From NCBI RefSeq assembly GCF_006345805.1, contig NC_043005.1:76694001-76758000 (forward strand): DNA of 64,000 nt, in the 5' to 3' direction. Position numbers and translations under genes: made by a program. This DNA is from Octopus sinensis. Taxonomy: Eukaryota. Positions 12,936 through 28,676 of the stretch are shown piece after piece (position 1 is the stretch's first letter; each line of letters opens with the position of its first letter). A model generated the notes under the pieces. The model did no database searches. It worked only from the letters and a program-made list of their open reading frames with translations, and was not told the origin of the DNA.

Positions 12936-14788
12936 CGTTAATTGAGTTCAGTGTTTTCTTAATCTGTGGGCATATTCAATGCTATTGTAGCCCTTGAATA
13001 TCATCTAACCTTTACCATCACTCATCTGTTCATTGATCCCTTATATCATTATATCCTTCTTTATGAGTTTTCTATGGTGAAAAATAATATGAATTTTTGT
13101 GACGAACACATGAAATTTCAACTTCAAGAAAAGTAGAAGACAATATGTCAATGGAAGGATTGAGTATGAAATTTTTAGATCCAAAGTACACCTTTTTTTT
13201 TCAGGGGAGTGTGTGATAATATTGACACAGCTCTGTTATGCTTCGAAAAGGTTGCAGTAAAAATCATGAAAAAGGATTTTGTATTTTGATCTCTTATGGG
13301 AAAGAAAGCCACTGAAATTTGAGATACAGTTGTGATAGAGAAATATATTCTTTGAGAATTAAAACAAATATTAATAAAAAAGTGTAATCACAATCATTTC
13401 CAACTTAATCGAGACTGCAATGAATGTGTGTGAAACAGGAAAAGCAATGTGAAAATAGTTTTGATATAAAAAATACGATTTCATGTGAATGGTTTCATGA
13501 AAGGTAAAAATGCATATGTATGCGTATATATATGTATACAGTATATGTATATATAAATTTATGTGTCAGGTCTGAATGTATTTCTATGTATGTGTATGCA
13601 TGAAGGGATAGCAGTATAATTTTCAACTACTGCTGCAAAACATTTAACGAACAAAACAGCCTCTGGTATTTAGAGTAGTGTTTTTATATATATATATACA
13701 TGTATGTATGTATGCATGTATATGCATGTATATATATATATATATATATATAATGCATATATATATATATACATACAGGTGTTTGTGCATTTATTTGATC
13801 ATATTCTTGTGTGTGTAAGTGTGTGTGCAAATGTATGATTATTTGATGGCAGTGTGGAATGAATTAAAGCTACACAAATTAGCATGAACTAAACTTTTGG
13901 GCTTGTGAACCAATGAAAGCAATAATGGTTTAAATAATAATAATTGCAATGCGAGAACGCATATTATTTCCCCAAAGCAAACAGTTGAACGAGCTATATA
14001 GAAAATAAGACATGATAATGTTTTACTGAACTGATGCAAAATGTTACATATAGTGTGGGGAGACCCCGTAACTAATCTTTTTAAATTAAGCAATAGTTTC
14101 ATTTTAGCATCACTTTAAACGTAGCGAGTTAAACTATAACATCTTCTGGAATGGAAAATGATGAGCCTATACTGAAGACCTGAAATGATATGCCTAATGG
14201 ATACATGAACCTATATTACGAAGTTAAGTGACAGTATTCAAATTGCTCTAACATTTCTGTTTAAATATAAATGCTAGTATAAACCCATACTAACGAATAC
14301 TGAAAGTGAAAACGGCTCACGAACCGGAGCTAATTGTCGAGACTGTTTCTCATTGTGATGAATGTGAATATAAATTAAATCGGAATATGAATACGAACAT
14401 TAGAGTTATTTGAATTTAGTCACCATTTTCGAAAACATGTGCTTATGTTCCTTTAGGCCTACATTCCTCATACCTTTTAGATCGTGGTACCCTTACGTGG
14501 GCCTCATATTTGACCATTTATTAGGCTTCAGATTTGGCCAATCATTGTCCACTCAAGTCAAAATCATCTAAGTTCTTGCTTTTAATGTGATACCAAAAAG
14601 TAAACTTTTGCATGAGTTTGCATGGGCACATTTTGGAAGGCAAGAAATAACGAAATAAAAACATATAGGGCGATACTCACAAGGTGGGGAACAATTAATT
14701 GTATTTAAAGATATATGGAGTTGTATTGTGATTAATAGACATACAGTGAAAATGCAGAAAATTGTTAGAATAAAGAAAGTAAATTATG

Positions 14789-14836
<48 letters not shown>

Positions 14837-15008
14837 TGTGTATGCACTGTATTCTTTAATTTACCATGTTGTTTAATAATGTAAAATCAATTATTACATG
14901 TATATTTTGTTCCAACGAAATTTCAGTATTGTTAATGTATTACAACAAATTTTCCCAGCCTACTTGTGCGTACCATCTTTGATATATACACCAACATATA
15001 TATTATAA

Positions 15009-15049
<41 letters not shown>

Positions 15050-15053
15050 ATAC

Positions 15054-15089
<36 letters not shown>

Positions 15090-15163
15090 ACCAAAACAAC
15101 GACACATACAATATATGTGTGTTTGCGTGTAGGTGCGGATATATGTGAATGTATTCTTGCATA

Positions 15164-15216
<53 letters not shown>

Positions 15217-17996
15217 AGTGCTAAATATCAAAATGGTAAACTGCCCTGAAGCGTTGACTTTTAGAGCAATAAATATTAGTAATTAAATGCAAACAAAATA
15301 GTGAAAATGTTGAGCAAATAAGTTAACAAAATGATTGAATTGGCATATATACATATATATATACATATATATATATATACACATCCAGTGTTCCAAGATG
15401 ACTTCTTAACGAAGCTATGGGAAATAATCAAATCAAAATATCAAATATATTTGGACAAATAAATGGATTGAAAAATATGAAAATAATCAACCAGTCAGAA
15501 GTAATTTTAAAGGAAAGGAAAAATTTCTCTGAAGTAAGTAAAACGAAAAAAAATCCACAAAACACAGAGTAAATGAATTCAAGCTTGCTACAAAATTAGG
15601 AACGTAAAATGATAACGAATTTCAGAGAAAACAACACTAATCAACAAAGTACACAACATATGAAGCATTGCACGTGCGCAACATTGTTTTAAATTAATAT
15701 TAATTCAAGAGATATTTTAATAACTATATATGCCTACCGTTTCTAATATTATATGATATTTAATTTAATGTTCTTTTATTAGAATGAATTTATACATATA
15801 CAGAAGTAAAATTTTATGAATAATTAGAACACGTGTGTATTTCAGAGATTTTAATTCTTGCTTCTATAATCATCATTTTTTATGTCGATACGTCAATATA
15901 TTTCATAAGTTGAGATATTTCCTTAAATTTAGCAACGAGATATAAGGAATGAATGATATCTTCAAGTACTTAGATTCTCTAAATTGTGTGGTCCATTCAG
16001 TAGGCGTTCAGTTTGAGTTTAAATAAATTTGCATCTACAGGGAAAACACGGGAAATAGTGTGGAGTGTTGTGGTTAGGTATAATATATGGTAGAGATGAT
16101 AAAATCTTTTTATCAAGAGGCCGGTAACAATAAGTTGTTTGCTAACTTAAAATAGCTGAGTCTGTATTAGGTTGTGGTAAATGACGATATAGACATTGCG
16201 ATTTGTGGGTAATTATTTATGAAATTGACGTAGAGTATTTGAGTATGTCCTTGCAGCAATGTAACAGATATTGCACAGTGCTTTATTCTGGATCACAATT
16301 GTTTTGTTTTGTTTTTTAAAGAGTAAAGGATTGGTTCTGAAATATTTTCTAATCTTGGTGTATAAACTAAATTTAGGGACGAAAATTTTGCTATGTTAAT
16401 ATGTTAAGTCCATAATTGGAGGTTATCATAAATCGCGGCCCATAGCACTTCCAGCAACTGTAGACGATTTGCCTGTGTGTGTTTTGGTTGATAAAATCTT
16501 TGTATTGTTATATTAGTAGATTAAGATACCATGTTTCGATAAAATGCTATTTTCCGAGTCTAAATTTACAGAAAATATGTACGAATGGCTAAGTTCGCTT
16601 AACAAAGAGACTAAGATTAAAATGAAATGAAATTGGTAACATTTGCATCAAATTATGTGTGGTTATCAGCAAGTAATATAGAGACACAAGAATGTCGAAG
16701 GAGTAGCTGAATATACAGAATATCCATATATAGTACATGTGATATATAATATATACTATATATTATATAATATCTAATATATACAGTATTAATATAATAA
16801 TAAGGTGTCTACTTCGAAAATTCTTTCGTTAGAATCGAAACATAGAACTACATACGCAGATATCAAGAATGTCTACTGCTAGCCTCAAATCATAGCTTTG
16901 CTGATGTCAAGGTCTCAAGTTAGAGAAAACACTGGTCTATAATATTAGTGTAGGAGAGCACATCTCAGACTCATAAGTGTTCTATTGAAAATATATTGAT
17001 AATTGCTGAGAAACAGGATAATTATGACAATGTAAAAGGTAGTTTTCCCGTAAATTTCGAGGTATAGTCTATGAAGTATATTCAGAGTGGTTACCCCTCA
17101 TAATCATGCAATATCTTGTTGCATGAAAAAACAGTATTTCGCTGTATTTATACTTTTATATTTATACTTTTTTATGTAACAATTTGAGAATCCTGAGAGT
17201 TTGCTTCCTTAACATAGAAAAGGTAACTTTCAATATAACTTTTCCAATGTGCTTGAAACAGATAACATCGAACCATCTTCAGGCTTTAGGAACGGAGACA
17301 TGCGTCTTTCCGAAACATTCTCTGCATAAAACGCTGGATTGTATTAATCAGTAAGAGGTGCAATCGTTATCAGAGATCGTTGCAATACATAATATGAAAT
17401 GCCTTTAAAATAAAGGTAATATATGAATGCATCAATCTGAAGATATTCATATCACTCCTGCGCCTCTGTTTACACTATGTAAAGAAGCTATCAACATATT
17501 CATTTCATAATTCAGAGGCTTGTATATTTTCACCAAATGTTCCCGAGAAAATATTGAGTAATGTGTTTTATGTAAATCTTAATAAGGAAATACATTTAAG
17601 CCAGATATACTAAAGTTGCTACTGATACACATTTATGTATTTGAGTGTTGTGCTGGAATTATAACTGACATTGAAATATTTTAAAATGTCTTATGAAAAA
17701 TATGACTGTTCGAATTATACATATTACAATCAAATAGTAGGAATGCCAAAGTATATTTCTGATAGTTTTTACAGAGAGATTGCTTTTATGATTTTTGCAT
17801 AATATTTTAGATTTATATCTACAAGACTTGAGGCAGCAATAGCATCGATTATACCCATGTTTCTCAATGCTCACAGAATTAATTTTGAGTGTTATTTAGA
17901 ATACAATTAATATTGAAACAACACTAAGTATGCTTTCAATGGCCTATTTCATTCTTGTATTGTCCTTGTAAGGAGTGTCCACGGTACAAAAACTGC

Positions 17997-18038
<42 letters not shown>

Positions 18039-18149
18039 TTAGCAATTTATCAGAATAAGAAAGATACTGATTAATTCCTGTAAATCAACTCATCATTATG
18101 AGAGAATCCTGTAAATTCAAGATCATCATGATGCAGTTATGCGGTAAAT

Positions 18150-18290
18150 TGTTTTTGATAGCCTATGCCAGCTGAGTGCAATGTAAAAATAAAGTATCAT
18201 GCTCAAGGACACAATGCATTGCGAGGAATTGAACTTACGACGTTGCAATCGTGAGCCGAATACTCTAACCACCAAGCGACGCGCCTCAGA
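18150..18290 (-). mobile_element. tRNA-derived SINE, 5' part with core
   Basis: Minus strand GAGGCGCGTCGCTTGGTGGTTAGAGTATTCGGCTCACGATTGC...AGTTCAATTCC (A and B boxes), then TGTGTCCTTGAGCATGATACTTTATTTT. Confidence 0.8.
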
Positions 18291-21200
18291 ATAAAAAAGA
18301 TACTGGCGAACTCCTATAAGTCGACTAATCATTATGAGAATCTTGTAAATTTACAATCATAATGACGTGAAATTCAGATTACAATATCTGCCTCACTTTT
18401 GTTTCCAAAGACACTGGTATATGATTTGTGGTGCTGTATGTACCCGTATAAGTAATCAAGTAGCTTTCTTCTATTTTATAACGATGAGTAAACATCGGGT
18501 TTTATATTTTGAACTCTGTTTCCTGCAGTCTATTTCAGAGTTGTCATATTTTACCCTACTTGTTTTACTCGTACAATAGTGTGATAAACGAATGGGGATC
18601 TCACAGCAAAATACGAGCTTTCGCTAACGAACACTTAATCTTTGCTAGATTTAGTAATTATGTACATGTATGTGCTATTCAAATTAATTTAGGCACATGC
18701 ACTTAAAAGGCTTCGTGTGTGGAAATATATGAAAATTAATAAATAATATTCAGAACATATAAGTGTTCCACTCAAATGCATAATTTTTAGATTTAGAATG
18801 GAAGTGTAATGAACAAAGGAGCCTGCATGCGATTTAGATAAACTAATTATTAAAGACGACTGAATTCTTAAATTATTAATTTCAAATTTCAGTCATCTTT
18901 GTTATTTCATAAAACAAGGCTTACGAAAGCTGTAGTGTAATAACAATTGTTTATGTGTTTGCTTTTACAGACTGAAAGCAAAATACTTTATATTTGAAAG
19001 ATAAATTATGCTTTTTTTTCATAATTAATTCTTCTATTCAATGATTTCTAATGCTTGTGATAAAATCTATCTATATATCGAGTAATTGTTAAGTATTAAA
19101 TAGTTGTATTTAGATGTTAATATCTACATAATTTAATCGATATCGAGGCCTTAATGTCACAGCATCTGACATAAATTAAAACAAGCTAAAAACAGTTACT
19201 ATTAATATCTGTTTAGTTAAACTATTAGAGACATGCTTTTCTACATGAAGGCCTTAGGTAATATTTTGTTTTACTTTATAACTTTATATTCTGTATGAAT
19301 AAATAGGCGTAAGCATAAAATAATTAATTTGCAATGAAATTAAAACAAAAATGTAAATAAGCATTCACGAACAAAACAAAACGACACCATCCAAATATTT
19401 CTCTGCTGATTAGAGAAAACAAAACATAATTACATTTATTGCAATGTCAAAATATATTTATAGAAAATTTTACCATTTAGAAAACAATAACTACTATACA
19501 TAAAGAATAACACAACAAATTGATCAAGGAACACTGGATATTAAGTGCAACATGTGGAGAAAGAGCGACAAACATCTTACCTGGCTTTCTGCTGCAATGG
19601 CTGCTCTGAATGCTATCCAACAATATGATTAATGGGGCCTCTATACACAATTGCTAGAAACTACATAAGTTTTAGTAGGATGCACAATGTTTAATAAATA
19701 ACATTAGTGTCAAATTTCCAAGAATATGATTCTACAGAAATGTCTGTATTTATAAGCTTTTTTTCACATATTGTAGTCTATAATACGTCTGTATTATACA
19801 TTGTGAGTATCTTCACCAATGCAACTAAATTATTGATAACTTGATAGAGTAGCTCTGGTCTAAGGAGCCACCTCAAAAAACAATAGCCGATATATAATAT
19901 TTGCAGCGTAACAAAAAGCTAGACTCAAACCAAACAATTTAATTTAGATAAACATACAATCTGTAATTTGAAGTTTTATCAAAAACATTGTGTTCTTGAA
20001 GTTATATTCTGAATGGTTTAATAAGTATATCATTTCTATCCGGACATAATTTACAATAAATTTTAATTGTTCTAAAAAATCTCTTCCACTATATTAAACT
20101 CATTAATATGTAACTATTTCCTCTTCTGAAGCTAATTGAAAGTAATCTAGAAAATGACAAACCAAAAGATACAATTCTGTAACGTGTATGAATAAGAAGA
20201 TTGAAAAATATACTACTTCACTTACCATTTAAATTATTATCAGATCTATTCTTAGTCTGATTAAGACAATGAATAAAATATTTTAAAATTTAACCAAGGT
20301 ACGACTGAATTAAAATATCTAATGACCAGATTAAGCTATATCGAAGGAAAAAGTATCTATTGACTGGAAACTATTCTTTTCAGAAGTATATATAATTATA
20401 TGATTGGTTTCATTTATTGACACTAAAACAGTAACGAACATATAAGTCTCATTCATAATAACTTTAAGGGAATTCATAAAAACATTTTATGTCAGGTATT
20501 CTGTATCAAATATTTATAAAATTTTAAAGTTACAAATCGAGATGTTACTATCTGAAAATCATATATCTAGAAACCATGACTACATTGATTAATATATGTT
20601 AGCCAATTATTCAGTTAGATGGGAGTGATAAAATAATTATAATTATTCAGAATATCAGTAAGTAAGCTAAATGTTTATTACTGATGTTTTTCAAGAGTAC
20701 AAAACCCTTGTTGTTTAGAGATAACTTTGGTAAGCTTCAGAAAATGACCGAATGTAACTCATTGTATTAATATGCAGCTTAATTATTGTTGCCAAATATT
20801 ATGGTTACGTGACAGCCATTTTGGTTTCCTACAAGTAGCATTATTGATAATTATAACCGAAATAAAAGAGTCGGTTATCTGTCTGAATATAGAATATTAT
20901 TGGTTGATATTAAACTGTAGGCTATCATAATTTTCTATCTCACTTTTCACTAGACTCATGTCATTGGTAGGACATTTTATCAGACAAATCAGAAAATCGA
21001 ATGCTGTATCTATTCTTAAGAGCAATCTGACCTTCTACGATACATTTGAATTTATCCCCAATATACAGAGATACGAAATAAATATAATATCAAAACTGTC
21101 CATAAATCTGATTGATAATTATATTTTGTTTGAATATATGATATAACCACAAATTATATGCTGTCATTAAGGAACTGTTAATAAAGAGATAAAAACTAAA

Positions 21201-21847
21201 CGAATCCCGATATTATTTATTACATTAAAGGCTTTAATGAATCAACACTGATGGTCGTTTACCTAATAAGCTAGAGCCTATTTGGTACATTAACTACAGT
21301 TGACATACATAATTTCATTCCGAAACTAGAACTGTACAGTTATTATGTTAATGCATTTTCTAAGACCAAGCACGCTGAATAGATTATACTTCCTTGAGGA
21401 ATATCTAATAGTACGGGAAGATCTCCAATTTTTATGAAGTATCTCCGCATACTGTAAGCGTAAAAGATCTATTGTATACAGAAGTAAAAAAAAATTGAAT
21501 ACGACCAACAATCGGCCGTATAAATTGCCAAAATGATTAACGTTTTGTAATTTGAGAGCGTGAGCTGTTCAGAATACCAGATTATACTTTGAAAGTCCGT
21601 AGAAAGACTTAAACTCAGCCTTAATGATTCCGATGCCAAAACACACAACGACTTAACAATTGCGGCTCTACAGTTATAAGTTTAAGGAATACAATTCAAA
21701 TTATAGGAACAGGTATGTAATGATCGTACCAGTTTGTAATGTGTCATGGATATATAATAATATAGAATATAATTGATATATACATTATAAATACTTATAC
21801 AGATATGCATATGTACATATAGATATACATATATACACGTATTTATT

Positions 21848-21899
<52 letters not shown>

Positions 21900-22469
21900 C
21901 AACTACAGGTATATGAAATATTATACAGCATAAATTCTTGATTTATGAAATTCATATCTGACTGTAGAGGGTGTGTCATCATTACCGCAGGGCAATTAAA
22001 ATCAGCGCCGTGTCAGAAGGTGAGATTATCACAGGAATCAAAAATTCTCCAATTTTGACTTGAAAGAGACAGTACTATTGTTTGAATATAAGGAGACGAG
22101 TGTTTCTGCTTCAATAGAATTCATCAGCGCAACAGTTGTCAAACATAATCTTTAGCAGTGAAGGGACTTTGACATATATGCAGAGCAGAACACACGTATG
22201 GCTTAAGTAATTTACATTATTTGAAGGAAAATGACCTAAGAGAAAAAAGTCTGACTGACGCCTATTTAGCCAGAACACATGTTGGCGAGTTCATGAATGC
22301 CCTCTTTTCTCGTGAAAAATTAAATTGTCCTCAACTTTAATGCCTGTTAGTTTTGGAGAATTCTGGATTCTTGAAATTATCTCCCTTTCTCAAGTGGGGC
22401 CGGTCTTAACTGTCATACAATGCGATATATGTAAAATTTAAAGAGATATATAGAAATCCATATATATAT

Positions 22470-22504
22470 ATTTACGTATGTGTATACACACATATACATA
22501 TATA

Positions 22505-22574
<70 letters not shown>

Positions 22575-22700
22575 CTTTACATATATTACATATATCTAAT
22601 ATATAATATATATATAATCTATATATATATATATATATTATATATATAATATATATACTTTACATATATTACATATATCTAATATATAATATATATATAA

Positions 22701-22765
<65 letters not shown>
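22470..22765. repeat. (TA)n tract containing a tandem duplication of about 80 bp of AT-only sequence
   Basis: TATATACTTTACATATATTACATATATCTAATATATAATATATATATAATCTATATA occurs twice (about 22570 and 22650). Confidence 0.85.
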
Positions 22766-22767
<2 letters not shown>

Positions 22768-25707
22768 TACAGATATAAATATATGTATAAATATGAGTGG
22801 TTTTCTTTATGTCTTCAAATGAAAATCGAATGATTTTGAAGTTAAATCATAACATCAGACTTAAAAGCCTGTTGCATATACCAAAGTGAAATCTATGGTT
22901 TTTTCACCATTATAGCATAATACCATCGGTTTCTTATTTTCTTTAAGGCTGCGCTGAATTATAGTCCTATGAATAAATTCGTTAATTTTCGTCTCCCAAT
23001 TCACTGATGTTTCGGAGAGAAAAAATACCGAAAGAACACTTTTTGTGACTGCATGATATATAAAAATCACATTATTTTTGTGACCACTGATATAAAGGAA
23101 ATTCGAAGGCAAGAGGGCAGATGAATAATAACATTGCTCCGATATACTTTTTATCTTAATTTTCATGCAGATTCACTGTTTATGTTATTCAAATACAACA
23201 TAATTATTACAACTGTTATATGTTGCTAGGTTTTTCTAATCTCGCATTTTTCCCTCCACTTTCTTCACTTTTCTTTTCTATGGGTCTCACTCATGCACAA
23301 TCTTCATCTTTCGAATGGCTGTGCTGTGTTTGTATAATTCTGAATTCCCGATTAAAAGGGCATTGCCGTTTATTAATACATTTAGATAAACTGATAATCT
23401 TTTTATAAATTTATATATATATATGTGTGCATAAATTTATAAGCGTGTGTACATCAATGCTCATTCATGTATTTTCATATTTAGGGAAAACAGTTGATTG
23501 TGAAACACATTTTAGACATGCTTCTCACCTAGAGGAATGTTTTTTTCTAACGTTGCTCTTTAAATGTTTCTTTATTATTAGATAACAGTTAATTTCAAAT
23601 ATGTTCCCAAGTCAATTAACATTTCTTGACGTCTGCAAGTTTCTGAATGAAGTGTGCATGAAAACTATGTCTATTGCCATGCTTTTATTAACTACATATA
23701 TTTAGCTGGTATCTGCAAATTAGCTCCATTTACTTATAACTACTTTCATTTATTGCACAAGTGTTCTTTCGATATTTACGCAGTATATTTAGTATAGTTT
23801 CAAATCGTTTAGCACATTTAACTCTGGCGAAGACTTTCTGAGTCATCTTTCTTTTCGAGCCTAGTACAAAATGTGAGGCCGAGTTTCTACAACGTATGAA
23901 ATATTGCCGTGTCCAATCAGTTCGACTTCCATACTTTAGGCGTTGGAAAATAAACAACCATTCCGACACGGTGGTTGATAGAACCCGTTGTATCTTTTAT
24001 ATATTTCCGCCTGTCACTTTTCAAACGATATTTTGCCTTGGTTATAAGTGACGAGTGTTGGACTCCGCCAGTTCTGAAAATGTCAAAAACAGGCATCTAC
24101 ATCACGACAGCTCATCTACACCTCGGAGTTGATGACTAAAGCGAGGCAATTTAAGTCAATTTCAAGTGCTACATAAGCAACAATACTTTTGTGTCTACTT
24201 TATTAGGAGGATAACAAGAGATCTTCAAATTTTGCAGTTATTGCTCGATACTAAAGAAAAGATATATACATGAAATATTATATTATATTATAATTTATAT
24301 ATAATATTATATAATATATATATATATATATATATACATATGCTTGGTCAGTCGATAATTTAAACGATGTATGGTGGAATATTAATGAATTCCACTAATT
24401 TACGCAAGAGACATGCATATACATGCATACATACACAAACGTAAATGTACGTTGATATACACTGACACATCCATCCACCCACACATACATACATAAGGCA
24501 ATAACATATTTGCTGGGATAAAAATATTTAACATTATTGATAAAATATTTAACATTCAATTTGTTAGGAAATATATTTGTCCGGTCTTATAGCATAACTT
24601 AAGGTATGTTAAAATTTTTGACCTAGATACTTTCTAATTCAAAACAGTATCCTTACTTGTTGATAAAATATTTTCTACAGAATTCCTTTGTTATGAAACC
24701 CTAGCCAGAATATAGCAGATGTGTGAATGACACCTGGTTTCACGGTAAGCAATAAAAACTTGATAGTTTTATATAGTCATTATAATTCACTCCGATTTCC
24801 TCTTATTGGAGTGTTGGAACTAAGTAACGGAACAATAATCATTATTAAGTTGATACTTTGGCTTACGACAACTAAAGGAGCCTTTAAGGGTAATATCACG
24901 TGGTAGTTCGTGCTGTTAGAAGTAGTGCTTAATTATCATTGAAATTGAATCTCACTGTCTTGTGAAATAAACGCATATTTGATACTGTAGTTCCAGATAT
25001 ACACTAGATGTGGTGATCACGGCTGGAATATATCTGATTATAATTCTGTTCAGTCGGCTCTGAGCTAGTGCTAAATAACAACAACTGCACTACGTATATA
25101 TCTGTAATTAAGTAGATTGGACAAGAGAACTTCAAATGTTTTAGTGAACAAGAGTGATGAGCTCAGGTAAAAACAACCAGTCACAAGTCAATGAGCATCA
25201 AGAGACTCGATGAACTTGGTCAATCGATAATTCAAACGATGTATGGTGGAATATTAACGAATTCCTCTAATTTACGCAAGAGATACTTGACAATAACTTG
25301 ACAGTTTAATTACTGTGCAAGCCTCTAAGAATATCAACCATAGCGATAAATATTCATGTGTGGTTATAACTGCTGCATTGAGCGTGTGGACGATATTCTC
25401 AATTGTCATAATCACGACTGCACAGAGACATAGAGCATAGATATCATTCTCTAATGTAGGAAGCATAATTAAAAAGTACACCGTTAACTATCAATAATGT
25501 ATGCGCCTTTAAGACGGGTGAAAGCAACATTTTTTTTATTTAGAGTGAAACATCACTTAGTACTTCATTATGTACCGATCATGGGTTTGAGTGATACAAG
25601 AAGTGTATAATAAATGAGTTTTCATGTTTCTGCACTAATAATAACTCTTTCTTCTGCCGATTAGCCTGTAATATTCTGAGACTATCTTCAGTAAAATTAT
25701 AGATTTG

Positions 25708-25760
<53 letters not shown>

Positions 25761-28612
25761 GGGTGTATAACTCCAAACTTACAGGGAAAAATTCAATTTA
25801 GTATTAAATCAAATTTCACAATATAAATATAAAAACATAAATTAGAGATAATTTATATTTTATATAAATTATATATATATGTATTATAAAAGAACAAATG
25901 GAGTTAAACATTTACGATGGCTGTTACGGTAGAACTTTATGTATTTCTAGATTGCATTGCATCATAGCATATATTCCGCCATCTTCATTTATTTTGAACA
26001 GGTGAATATCTGATGCTGGATTATATGCTATGATGTAATCTAGGAATACTTCGAACATTTTTACCGAAATAGCACTTGTGAATTTTAAACCCCCAATTTG
26101 AGTACTTTTTTATACCTACGCCGCACCTAGAATCTGCTAAGTTGGATCTACGGTTTAAATTGAATCTGGTACTTACATATCTACAGTATCATACTAAGAC
26201 TACTAAGGTATAATATACTTTCATGGTTGTTTTATTTCACTATACATGTATGTATGTATGTATGTATATGCATATGTGTGTTTATAAAATGTGTCCAGCC
26301 GTCAAAACTGATATAGCTTAAGTGATGGAATTGTCCATGATTTTACTCGGGTTCTGAATTGGCCAATAGTGAGACTTACTTTCATAGAAAGTTGATTCAC
26401 TTGATATAGCACGCCACAGCAGCAAGATAACTGCTCATACAATTCAGAAATCTCAAGAAAATTGAAATTTATAAACAATGATTTACACTTTCCTCACTTT
26501 ATTAGAAAATGTACAAGCGCTCGTAGCAATGTTTGTACCCACAGAAATGTGTACAATAAGAGCGGAAATATATTCGCACCAGTTTCAAGAAACTGAATCT
26601 GGATATTGTAGCCTGACATACCAACACGCAATTTACTCTTTATTATAGGTATTTGTTTGCATATATGCTTTTTCAGTATGTTAAACTATGCTAATTCGTT
26701 TAGAGCTTAGGTTTAATTGAATAATAGATCTCAGCAAATAAGTTATCTTTATCCTTATGTTAACAATGGTTATATTGTAAAAGGGTGGTTGAAAGAAAAT
26801 CGTCACTTGTCATCATATAATCACTTATCACTATTAAAAACGATATATGAACAGCATATCATTTCCTCTATACAGCAAACATCAATGAACTATAGGTTAG
26901 AAGCACATGAATTAGGTGTAAAAGTAAAATTCTCAACTTGGCTGGAAAATAAAAAACATTCATCGTTAATGTTTGGCTAGAAAGAAGAAGAATACATAAA
27001 AAAAAACATTTGTAATAATACAATTGCATAATTTAACGAAAATCTGAAAACAGAATTGTCTTTTTTTTACGCCTTGTTTGTTTGAAAAAACCAGCAGCAT
27101 ATTGAGAGCTGATTCTTTTGACCTATTAATATTAAATAGAAACCGTTGATAGTTGAAAATGAAAGTACGATTTCTATAAATATTTTTGGTCAAAAATACC
27201 CATTGAAGCAGACAGTGACTAATAGTGGTACGAGACTTGCTGATATCCTGATGAGAGCATGGGAACATTTTAACTATATTTACTGAAACTAAATTCGCAT
27301 CCTTAGAAATGTTGTATTTCCCAAAGGATATATAACACTAAAGTTCTTAACATGTTTTTCCGAGAAAAAAATTAGTAAAAGCACATTTTAAAATTGATCT
27401 AGCTTGAACAATACCTCTTTACAACACTTATCATTTTCTTAATATATGATAAATTAGCTGCAATTTCTATGATTGAATCTGAATTATGTGAATAGTTCGT
27501 TTCCGTTATCACCAAAACGTGGAAAGTTGGGATATTTTTATTAACGTTGTCCCTATACTCAGGTCTTGTAGGTAAATTTTTTCCTAAAAGGCCTGATATC
27601 AACTGCAAAGAAACAAAACTATTGTTGGTTTAATTAGTCATGTGTTATAGTTAAGCAAATATTATTTGTTAATATACCAGTACCTTTTTTTAAAGCAGAC
27701 GAGGAGAAATGAGGGGCAGAGAAGTCAACAGTTAGTGATTCAGAATTTTTGCAGTGAATTGTTTTATTATAACAAGTGCTGCTTACAAGTTAGCTCCAAT
27801 GCCCCGCAGCGAAGCTCTGGAGTGAAAGATAGAGTTAGAGAGACAGAGATTGAGAGAGACAGATAGAGATAACTCGTTAGGTTGAATTCGTAAGAACTAA
27901 TAGACGTGAGTTTCACAAGAGACATGCATAAAAGTTAAGAAAAGAGTGTCAAATGCACCGATGCTTCCGTTATGGAATCATCAGAGTTCCTGATAATTTC
28001 TATTCACAGCCGGTGAAAGATCAAAGGTAACCTTTAAGAAAGCACGAAGACACTATATATATATATATATATATGAGTCTATAAACATATATAATATATA
28101 CACATATATAAAATATATGAATATATGTACATGTATATATATAATATATATAACTATGTATATATATATATAATACGTATGCATATATATATTTATAGAC
28201 AAAATATATACATGCCTACACACACATATATATATATATTATACATATCTATGTGTATATATACGTATGTGCATATATGTATATATACATGACGTTTTAT
28301 ATATTTCTTGGAGGATTTAATTGTTTTCATTTTTAGAATTCTTCAATTAAACTCTATATCTCGATAAAATATTTATCATTTACTATTGTTTGACATTCAT
28401 TGGGTGTTCAGAAGCGCTTTCAAGCATTTTGTTTCAGTAAGCTTAAATAATATTAAGGCAGATTAGTCAAACATTATTGGGAAATGAATTAATTTTTAAA
28501 TCTACTTTTCCTATTATTTATATCCTTAATTCATGTTATTAAAATAATTTTTGTCACAACGCTAAAAAATTTAACTTCTAATGGTAACTTTCTTTATCAT
28601 TTAATACATATA

Positions 28613-28676
<64 letters not shown>

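Noticed and set aside
22085-22130. Minus-strand CTGATGA...GAAAC-ACTC-GTC motif
   Set aside because: Stem II is poor and stem I does not pair. The same applies to CTGATGA hits near 27985, 45480 and 59505.
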